A stretch of 64,000 nucleotides of DNA from Thermodesulfobacteriota bacterium (GTDB taxonomy: Bacteria > Desulfobacterota > Anaeroferrophillalia > Anaeroferrophillales > Tharpellaceae): contig JANTGZ010000001.1 in the NCBI GenBank assembly GCA_024762675.1, positions 14,322 through 78,321 on the forward strand, read 5' to 3'. The notes below the pieces were generated by a model. That model saw nothing but the letters and a program-made list of their open reading frames with translations, was not told the origin of the DNA and made no database searches. Numbering within the stretch: position 1 is the first letter of the stretch; every line of letters starts with the position of its first letter. The position numbers and the translations under genes are program-made. This document shows positions 38,609 through 46,588 of the stretch, piece by piece.

Positions 38609-39949
38609 TTAATGGCTGAAGATTACTTCCGGCAGCCAGGTAATTATTTCAGGAAAGATGATTAACAATGCCAATCCCAGTAACTGCAGGGCGACAAAAG
38701 GGATAATTCCACGATAGATATGGCCGATGCTTATGCCTTCGGGGGCGACTCCTTTAAAATAGAAGAGGGCGTATCCGAAAGGCGGAGTCAGAAATGAGGT
38801 TTGCAGATTGACGCACATCAGCATCGCAAACCACAAGGGGTTGAAGTCAAGTTCCATGGCGATTGGCGTAAAAATAGGAACGGTAACCAAGAGAATGGCA
38901 GCCCAGTCGATGAACATTCCCATAAAAAAAACAATGGCCATCATAATTGTTAAAACTACATAACGGTTGAGGCCGCCGCCCAAAAGAAAGTTGGCAACCA
39001 CATCACCACCGCCCATGCTCAAAAAAACGGTGCTGAAGAATTTTCCGCCAATGAAGAGCATCATGATCATGGCCGTGGTTCTGTAGGTTGAGATGCTGGC
39101 TTCTTTCAGGACCTTCCAGTTGAGTTGTCGATTGGCTAAGGCGAGAATCATAGCGCCAACTACACCTAAGGCCGCAGCTTCAGTGGGGGTGGCAATACCG
39201 GAGAGGATGGTACCCATGACGGTCAGGATCAGCCCCAAGGGCGGAATCAGTGATTTTAAGGTCATCCCCCATTTCTGAACAGCACTGTGGGTTCGATCAC
39301 TTTCCGGAATTGGTGGACCGATTGTAGGCTTAAAGTGGCAAAGAATAACAATGTAAAGAAAATAGAGCGACGAAAGTAGAATGCCCGGCAAAATAGCTCC
39401 GGCGAAGAGATTGCCAACTGAGGTCTCTTTGAATCCGGTCAAGCCACCATAGACAACCAGCATGATGCTTGGAGGAATAAGGATTCCCAAGGTTCCGGAG
39501 GCGCAGATAATACCTGAAGTGAGCTCTTTCTGATAACCTTTTTTGATCAAAGCGGGGCCGGCCATAAGTCCCATGGCGACAACTGAAGCCCCGATAATTC
39601 CGGTGGTTGCGGCAAAGACCGTACTGACAACGACTACGGCTAAGCCGAGGCCCCCTTTTAAGCCGCCCAGGACGATGTAGAGTGATTCAAAGAGCTTTTC
39701 TGATACTTTTGAGCGGTCTAAGACCTGAGCCATCATAATAAAGAGGGGGACCGCAACAATGACATAGTTTTGCATTAGTCCCCAGGAGTTATTGGCAAAC
39801 ATGTCAAAGAGCATGGGAATATTAAAGCCGTTGTCGATGAGGCCGAAAAGGGCAGCGACAGCGGCCAGGGTGTAAGCCAGAGGATGACCCAGGGCGATAG
39901 CGATAATCAGGGTGACGAACATCAGGATGGTGAGGATTTCCGGACTCAT
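38609..39949 (-). CDS. dctM: TRAP transporter large permease subunit
   Basis: 446 aa, 12+ TM, DctM family. Confidence 0.88.
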   Translation of the reverse strand: MSPEILTILMFVTLIIAIALGHPLAYTLAAVAALFGLIDNGFNIPMLFDMFANNSWGLMQNYVIVAVPLFIMMAQVLDRSKVSEKLFESLYIVLGGLKGGLGLAVVVVSTVFAATTGIIGASVVAMGLMAGPALIKKGYQKELTSGIICASGTLGILIPPSIMLVVYGGLTGFKETSVGNLFAGAILPGILLSSLYFLYIVILCHFKPTIGPPIPESDRTHSAVQKWGMTLKSLIPPLGLILTVMGTILSGIATPTEAAALGVVGAMILALANRQLNWKVLKEASISTYRTTAMIMMLFIGGKFFSTVFLSMGGGDVVANFLLGGGLNRYVVLTIMMAIVFFMGMFIDWAAILLVTVPIFTPIAMELDFNPLWFAMLMCVNLQTSFLTPPFGYALFYFKGVAPEGISIGHIYRGIIPFVALQLLGLALLIIFPEIITWLPEVIFSH

Positions 39950-40503
39950 GACAGCTCCTCCTCAGGTTTTGTGGTAATCGTCTTCCAGTCCTGTATCAGT
40001 TTAGTAATCATCTGTATAAATAATAAGGAGAACCCAATGGCCATTATTGTTTTAAAAGGGTAGATTGGAGGTCCCCAACTGGTCGATTGATGTTCCCAGT
40101 TTTTCCATGAGTCTAAGGCATAGCGCCAGGAGAAGATGGTCATGCAGGCGAAGGTCGGAAAAAATATGACCAAGTTGGTGATGACACCAAGTATGGCACG
40201 CTTTCTGGTTGCCAGTCGGGCTTCAAAGATATCGATTGAAACGTGGCCGTTATGGAGCTGGGTATAGCTCATCCCGAGAATATAGTGGATGCCGTAAATG
40301 AAAGTTGTTGTTTCAAAACCCCAGGAGGTAGGCGCGGTAAAGATGTAGCGCATTATAACCTCGTAGACTACCACCGCAACCATCGGCAAGATCATCAGGG
40401 CTCCCAGCTGACCGACTTTTTCATTGATGTAATTTATCCCATTGGATACTGAATTGCTCATTATTTCACCGGGTAGTGCAGGAAAAGTTATGGGTATCGG
40501 CAT
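39946..40503 (-). CDS. dctQ: TRAP transporter small permease subunit
   Basis: 185 aa, 4 TM. Stop overlaps the dctM start. Confidence 0.8.
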   Translation of the reverse strand: MPIPITFPALPGEIMSNSVSNGINYINEKVGQLGALMILPMVAVVVYEVIMRYIFTAPTSWGFETTTFIYGIHYILGMSYTQLHNGHVSIDIFEARLATRKRAILGVITNLVIFFPTFACMTIFSWRYALDSWKNWEHQSTSWGPPIYPFKTIMAIGFSLLFIQMITKLIQDWKTITTKPEEELS

Positions 40504-40557
40504 CCGGTATGAGTTGAACCCATACCGGATGCTTTAGCTAGATTTGTTACGATTTCA

Positions 40558-41721
40558 TTATTCGTTGGTCTTGCCGCCGATAAAGGTTTCATAAGGCCAG
40601 GGTGTGACACCTGAGCGGATTTCGCGCCAATCAGCAAAGTCTTCCATCAGCGCTTCCTGAGAGTCGAGAGCCTTTTTAACGTCGGGATATTTGGCCTTTA
40701 AAGAATTAAGATGGGCTTGGGTGGTCTTTTTGAAGGCGATAATGGTGTCTTTGTTCATTTTCACGAATTCGACATTTTTCTTAAACATTTCGATCGCTTT
40801 GATATTGAGGTTGGTTGTCCAGTTGTAGCTCCAGAGTTGAGTTTCCTTGGCGCAGATTTTGACAATCCATTTGAGATCTTCAGGTAGTTTGTTCCAGGCA
40901 TCTTTGTTGAAGAAGAGGCCGAACTGACAGCCGGGCTGATGGACGCCGGGTTCGATGACGAACTTTGTGATCTCATCAAAACCCATCGGGTAGTTAAGCG
41001 CCGGAGCAGAAAACTCAGCCGCATCGATAACGCCGCGTTCGAGGGCGAGATAGACTTCACCACCGGGCAGTGGGCTGACTGAGGCGCCCATCTGATTCAT
41101 GATATCCATGAACCAGCCCGGAGTCCGGACTTTCATACCTTTGAAATCTTCGAGTTTGGTGGCTCTTTTATTGGAAAAAAGACCCATCTCCTGACCACAC
41201 TGACCGCCGGGCATGGCAACCATGTTGTAGCGACCGTAGAGTTCGTTCATCATCTCGGCGCCGCCGCGTTCATAGAGCCAGATATTATAGAGTTCAGCAT
41301 CGATTCCCATGGGCACTGAAGCAAAAGCGACAAAGGCTTCATTTTTACCCTTCCAGTAGCCTGGCCAGTCGTGGCCGCATTGGGCTGAACCTTTGCTGAC
41401 GGCATCAAAACTCTGCATCGCGGGGACCAATTCGCCGGCAGAGAAACATTTGATGTTTAAGCGACCACCTGAGGCCAGACGCACCGAGTCGGCAAAGTGC
41501 TGGGCGTAGTCAAAAAAGAGTAGTCCTTTGGACCAGGGCATAACCATCTTCCAGCGAATTGGTTTTTCACTGGAAGCTTCAACCTTTAGACGTTTAACGG
41601 TCTGATGTCTTGCGTCAGTGCCGAATTTTTCTCGTTTTCCGGCTTCGGCGCTGGTGGTGATTGTGAAAAGCGACAGGGTGAAAATAATTGCGACTAGTAA
41701 CCATAAACTCTTTTTCATCAT
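40558..41721 (-). CDS. dctP: TRAP transporter substrate-binding protein
   Basis: Signal peptide. Periplasmic solute-binding fold. Immediately upstream of dctQM. Confidence 0.75.
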   Translation of the reverse strand: MMKKSLWLLVAIIFTLSLFTITTSAEAGKREKFGTDARHQTVKRLKVEASSEKPIRWKMVMPWSKGLLFFDYAQHFADSVRLASGGRLNIKCFSAGELVPAMQSFDAVSKGSAQCGHDWPGYWKGKNEAFVAFASVPMGIDAELYNIWLYERGGAEMMNELYGRYNMVAMPGGQCGQEMGLFSNKRATKLEDFKGMKVRTPGWFMDIMNQMGASVSPLPGGEVYLALERGVIDAAEFSAPALNYPMGFDEITKFVIEPGVHQPGCQFGLFFNKDAWNKLPEDLKWIVKICAKETQLWSYNWTTNLNIKAIEMFKKNVEFVKMNKDTIIAFKKTTQAHLNSLKAKYPDVKKALDSQEALMEDFADWREIRSGVTPWPYETFIGGKTNE

Positions 41722-41803
41722 CTTCTCCTTTTTTGTATCAGTTTGATTAAAATGTTTGAAGTAAATTCCTCAAACACAGTTGCAACTAAATTGTATTATT
41801 TAT

Positions 41804-42580
41804 TTAAGAATAGGTCCAGCCGCCGTCTATACTCAAGGCCTGGCCGGTAATACATTGGGCTGCCGGTCCGGCGAGATAGAGAGCCAGGGCGGCGAGATCT
41901 TCAGTTGAAACCAATTTTTTCAAGGGTTGGTTTTTCAACAGAACCTGTTCCGGAACCTGCTCTTCGCTGATGCCGTGCTGTTTGGCCAGATCGACGATCT
42001 GTTTTTCAACCAGCGGAGTTAGAACATAGCCCGGACAGATAGAGTTGGCAGTAATGTTCCATTCTGCCAACTCACAGGCCATCACCTTGGTAAAACCAAC
42101 AATTCCGTGTTTGGCTGAAACATAGGCGCACTTCCAGGGTGAAGGCGCTTTGCCGTGGGCTGAAGAGATATTGATGATACGTCCCCAGTTGGATTTTTTC
42201 ATGTGCGGCACACAAGCTTTAGTGCAGAGAAAGGTCCCGGTTAGCATGACTGAAATCAGCTGGTTCCATTTTTCAAGTGGAAACTCTTCAATTTTGCTGA
42301 TGAATTGCAGGCCGGCATTATTGACCAGTATGTCGACCGTGCCAAAGCTTGCAACCGCTTTTTTAACCATCTCCGTGACGCTTTCCTCGTTAGCTACATC
42401 GCAACCTACAGCTAGAGATGTGCCATTTTGCTCACTGATTTCGTTAGCACTTGTCTGGGCCGTAGCTTCATTGAGATCGGCGACCACAACCTGGGCTCCA
42501 TGTTTAGCGAGTTGGGTTGCAATCTCTTTGCCGATACCGCTACCGGCACCTGTGATGATTGCAGTTTTGTTACTGAGCAT
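41804..42580 (-). CDS. short-chain dehydrogenase/reductase (3-hydroxybutyrate dehydrogenase-like)
   Basis: Start at ATG 42580 with RBS AAAGAGG. TGAGSGIGKEIA Rossmann motif, NNAG, YxxxK catalytic tetrad. Confidence 0.85.
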   Translation of the reverse strand: MLSNKTAIITGAGSGIGKEIATQLAKHGAQVVVADLNEATAQTSANEISEQNGTSLAVGCDVANEESVTEMVKKAVASFGTVDILVNNAGLQFISKIEEFPLEKWNQLISVMLTGTFLCTKACVPHMKKSNWGRIINISSAHGKAPSPWKCAYVSAKHGIVGFTKVMACELAEWNITANSICPGYVLTPLVEKQIVDLAKQHGISEEQVPEQVLLKNQPLKKLVSTEDLAALALYLAGPAAQCITGQALSIDGGWTYS

Positions 42581-43073
42581 GATTTTATCCTCTTTGTTGG
42601 ATTTTTCTGGAAAAAGGTTGCCTGTATAACTTGTCAAGCAAACTAACTTTTTGTTTAAAAATATGTTTTTCCTTTTAGGGTAGGAGGTGGCCCGCGATTC
42701 CATCTGCCTGTGGTTGTCTTGAGCACCAGGCCGTCAAGAGTCGTCATGCTCACTTTCCTTTTCTTTTTTTAGTGTCAAAATCTATAACGCAGTATTATCT
42801 CTAACTTGGACTGAATGTACGACTAAAATAGCAACAAGCAGGCCAAGGGCTGCGGGATTTTTTACAGAGGCCTGCAACGAAGAAAATTAGCTTTATAAAA
42901 CAACTATTTAGTATAATTGTACGGATTTGTGCTGAGTTGTAATAGTTATTATGTTGACGAATTTATCCTCTCTATAGTATGTTTATGTAGCAAATGGTCT
43001 ACAATGAAAATTTATTGTAATTTGACTTTCAGCCGGGCTTTTAAATAGGCAGCAAAGCTGTCAAAAGGATAGT

Positions 43074-44492
43074 GTGGGGGGAGCGGTGTCGAAAAGATCT
43101 TCAAAGGCAGATTTAGAGTCAGCTCTGAAGTTTTCTCATCTGATTATCGACAGTATTCACAACGGTGTCATTGTGACAAATGCCGAAGGAAAGGTTATCT
43201 TTTTTAATAAACCCTACGGTCGTTTTTTAGGGATTGATCCAGCTGCCCAGATTGGCAAACATGCAACTGAGGTTATTGAAAATACTCGCATGCATATCGT
43301 TGCCAAGACTGGTAAGGCTGAGATCAATAAAGCCCATCGTATGAAAAACCAGGATATGGTGGTTCAGAGAATTCCGATTAAGAAAAATGGCAAAGTGATA
43401 GCGGTTTTCGGTCAGGTGATGTTTAAGGATGTTGGTGACGTGCGCAAGTTGGCAGATCGTCTCTCTCTGCTTGAGAGCAAAGTCAAGCTTTACGAGGAGG
43501 AGATATTCTCTCTGCGTTCGACTCGCTATACCTTCGATAGTATTATTGCCGAAAGCTCGGTTATGGAGCAACTTAAAAAAGAGGCTTTAAAGGCGGCGGC
43601 GACGGCTCTGCCGGTTTTGATCACCGGGGAGTCTGGAACCGGCAAAGAGATGTTTGCCCAAGCCATACACCACGCCAGTAATCGTCGAGTTCATCCTTTT
43701 GTGCGGATTAATTGCGCTTCTATCCCGCGAGAGTTGCTCGAAGCTGAACTTTTTGGCTACGAGAAGGGGGCTTTTACCGGGGCCCGCACCTCAGGCAAAC
43801 CAGGTAAATTCGAACTGGCTAACCAGGGCTCAATCTTTCTTGATGAGATTGGGGATATGCCTCTTGAAATGCAGCCGAAGTTATTGCGGGTTCTTGAAGA
43901 GAAAGAGTTTGAAAGAGTCGGGGGGATTTCATCGATCCGTTCAGATTTCCGACTTATTGCCGCGACCAATCATATCCTGGCTGAAAAAGTGGCAAGCGGT
44001 TCTTTTCGGGCTGATCTCTACTACCGCCTGAAAGGTATTCCTTTAGTTATTCCACCGTTGCGAGAGCGCCGCGAAGATGTTATCTTTCTAGCTAGAAGCC
44101 TCCTGAAGCAGATGGTCCAGGATTCATTTATTCCTGAGATCTCTTTAAGCTCCGAGGCGGCCAATGTCTTGCTCATGTATGACTGGCCCGGTAATGTGCG
44201 GGAGTTGAATAATGTCTTAGGCCAGATTCTTGCAACTATTGAACGTGACGTTATTGAATTGGACGATCTCCCTTTTTATCTGCGTAAGCAGCCGGGGCAA
44301 CCTGGAGATCAAGGGCCCGGAAAGAGCTTGGCTGAGATTATGGCTCAAGTGGAGCAGAAAACTATTAAACAAGCTCTGGACCTGGCGCATGGGAATAAAA
44401 GTATGGCGGCTCGCCAACTCGGTATCCATCGTACCCTTCTCTATAAAAAGATGAAGCGGCATGGCATGCAGGTCTCAACCGAGAATGGTTAG
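43074..44492 (+). CDS. sigma-54-dependent transcriptional activator with N-terminal PAS domain
   Basis: PAS domain, then AAA+ sigma-54 interaction domain (GESGTGKE; GAFTGA), C-terminal Fis-type HTH. Divergent from the SDR/TRAP/lactate block. Confidence 0.88.
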   Translation: MGGAVSKRSSKADLESALKFSHLIIDSIHNGVIVTNAEGKVIFFNKPYGRFLGIDPAAQIGKHATEVIENTRMHIVAKTGKAEINKAHRMKNQDMVVQRIPIKKNGKVIAVFGQVMFKDVGDVRKLADRLSLLESKVKLYEEEIFSLRSTRYTFDSIIAESSVMEQLKKEALKAAATALPVLITGESGTGKEMFAQAIHHASNRRVHPFVRINCASIPRELLEAELFGYEKGAFTGARTSGKPGKFELANQGSIFLDEIGDMPLEMQPKLLRVLEEKEFERVGGISSIRSDFRLIAATNHILAEKVASGSFRADLYYRLKGIPLVIPPLRERREDVIFLARSLLKQMVQDSFIPEISLSSEAANVLLMYDWPGNVRELNNVLGQILATIERDVIELDDLPFYLRKQPGQPGDQGPGKSLAEIMAQVEQKTIKQALDLAHGNKSMAARQLGIHRTLLYKKMKRHGMQVSTENG

Positions 44493-44617
44493 TGATCACT
44501 TTGTAGGTAGTGAAAAAGATACATAGGTGTAGCGTATTTGGTTCACTCAGGGTTGCCTTATTAACCCGAGCTATTTGGAAGGCAAATTTTTTGCCATTTT
44601 ATTAAGGAGTTTTTTTG

Positions 44618-45178
44618 ATGGATTTTACTATAAATAGCGACATCGAAGGCGTCTGTTTGATAAAACCCGATATATTCCGTGACCAGCGCGGTTTTTTCAT
44701 GGAGACCTTTAATCAGGAGAAATATGTTGATGGGGGGGTACCTTACAGCTTTGTGCAAGATAATATGTCATATTCAGGGCGGGGGACGGTGCGTGGCCTG
44801 CATTATCAGCTCAAACAGCCCCAGGGTAAACTGGTCTTTGTTCTGAAGGGGGAGATTTTTGATGTGGCGGTTGATATACGGCGCGGTTCGCCGACGTTCG
44901 GTCGCTGGATCGGTTATAATCTGTCAGCTGGTAACCGGTATCAGCTCTTTGTGCCTCCAGGCTTGGCGCATGGTTTTATGGTGCTCAGTGAGACCGCCGA
45001 AGTCTACTATAAATGTACCGATCTTTACTCTTGTGGAGATGAGTATGGCTTACTCTGGAGTGATCCGGAGATCGGGATAGAGTGGCCCGGCCAAGAGGTT
45101 ATCCTTTCGGAAAAAGATACCTCTTGGCCGACACTGGCCATGATCAATGAAGAGCATCTGCCGATTTGGTCAAATTAA
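44618..45178 (+). CDS. rfbC: dTDP-4-dehydrorhamnose 3,5-epimerase
   Basis: RBS AAGGAG. RmlC cupin motifs (FRDQRGFFMETF; RGLHYQ). Confidence 0.88.
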   Translation: MDFTINSDIEGVCLIKPDIFRDQRGFFMETFNQEKYVDGGVPYSFVQDNMSYSGRGTVRGLHYQLKQPQGKLVFVLKGEIFDVAVDIRRGSPTFGRWIGYNLSAGNRYQLFVPPGLAHGFMVLSETAEVYYKCTDLYSCGDEYGLLWSDPEIGIEWPGQEVILSEKDTSWPTLAMINEEHLPIWSN

Positions 45179-46545
45179 TAACCAGCGGCTTTCCAAGTAC
45201 TCATACCGCCAATGACGCTGTAAACATTTTTATAGCCCCGCTGTTTCAGGATCGAGGCTGCGATGTTGGAACGGTAACCGGACATGCAGATGACGCTGAT
45301 ATGTTGATCCAGGTTACGGCTGAACCCTTGATTAATAAGTTCCGGCAGCGGAATGTGTTCAGCGTTTTCGATGTGGCCACTAAGCCATTCAGATTCATTG
45401 CGGACATCCAGAACCGTATGGTTGCCATATTTATTGAGGACATGGTTGAGGGAGTGGACGGTGATTTGGGGCAGGAAGCCAGTCTCTTCAGCCGCCAGAA
45501 TCCAGCTGCTTAATCCAATGATATAGCCCTTGATATTGTCGTACCCGACTCTGCGGAACATGGTTGTTGCATCTTCTATTTCCTTATGATTGTTGGCCAG
45601 GAGCAGGAGTTCGCTCTCCGGTTTAACCACATTTCCCATCCAGGTGGCCGAGTTTGGGGCCATGCCTATATTAAAACTTGAGGGGATATGGGCGCCGCCA
45701 AAGGCGGTCGCCTCCCTTAAGTCGATGAGTAACCTCTCCGAATCGGAGGCCAGAAAATTTTTACAGGTTAATGGTTTATACTCATTTATCGCCGGTAACT
45801 CCCCAGTAAGTTTTGCTCCCTGCAAGTTGGTGTCGATGATGTGGGTGAAGTTGATTGGTCGATGTGGGGTGTTCTGGCTTAGTTGTTTCCTGAAATCTTC
45901 GAAATCGAGTTGCATAAAAGGGTTGGTACGGCGTTCAAAACCTAAGGTTGATGAAGGTTTTGCACTGATTCCGGCGCCACAGAGGGACCCCGCACCATGA
46001 GCGGGATATACTTCTACGTAGTCAGGAAATTCGTCCAGTTTAACTTTCAGGCTGTGATAGGCATTCCTGATCTGCTCTTCCAGGAGTTCACCTCCGGCCA
46101 GATCGGGGCGACCGATACTGCCGACGAAAAGAAGGTCGCCGGTTAAAAGCATCTCGACAAGATCGCCGCGGACCAGATCGGTGAGCGCCAGGGAAATAGA
46201 GTTGGGGGTATGGCCGGGGGTTGAAATTACCCTTATTTTAGCGTTGCCGATAACTATTTCAGCCCCGTCATGCAGAGGTATATGATCATAGTCAACCGGT
46301 GAACCGGCGCCTATATGGATCGGGGCGCCGGTTTGATGCTTAAGCTCAGCCGCTCCGGAGATATGATCGGCATGGACATGGGTTTCTATGATGCCGGTGA
46401 TTTTCAATTTGTTGATCTGGGCCGCTCTAAGATAGTCGTCAACATCTCTTTTGGGATCAACAACAATGGCGCGGCCATCTTGCGGACAGCCGATCATATA
46501 CGACAAACAGCCAAGGCCTTCGACTTTAAATTGCTGAAAAAACAT
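45175..46545 (-). CDS. MBL-fold metallo-hydrolase fused to two rhodanese domains (persulfide dioxygenase/sulfurtransferase-like)
   Basis: HxHxDH motif (ETHVHADHISG) at the N-terminus. Two rhodanese-like modules at the C-terminus (active-site Cys region CMSGYRS). Confidence 0.75.
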   Translation of the reverse strand: MFFQQFKVEGLGCLSYMIGCPQDGRAIVVDPKRDVDDYLRAAQINKLKITGIIETHVHADHISGAAELKHQTGAPIHIGAGSPVDYDHIPLHDGAEIVIGNAKIRVISTPGHTPNSISLALTDLVRGDLVEMLLTGDLLFVGSIGRPDLAGGELLEEQIRNAYHSLKVKLDEFPDYVEVYPAHGAGSLCGAGISAKPSSTLGFERRTNPFMQLDFEDFRKQLSQNTPHRPINFTHIIDTNLQGAKLTGELPAINEYKPLTCKNFLASDSERLLIDLREATAFGGAHIPSSFNIGMAPNSATWMGNVVKPESELLLLANNHKEIEDATTMFRRVGYDNIKGYIIGLSSWILAAEETGFLPQITVHSLNHVLNKYGNHTVLDVRNESEWLSGHIENAEHIPLPELINQGFSRNLDQHISVICMSGYRSNIAASILKQRGYKNVYSVIGGMSTWKAAGY

Positions 46546-46588
46546 AATTGTCTCCTGTAAGATTATAATTTTTTTCTGGAGTTATGTT

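Noticed and set aside
42581-42703. N-terminal 41-aa extension of the SDR ORF (track start 42703)
   Set aside because: The internal ATG at 42580 is preceded by a good RBS (AAAGAGG) and yields the normal SDR N-terminus (MLSNKTAIITGAGSGIG). The extension has no SDR counterpart.
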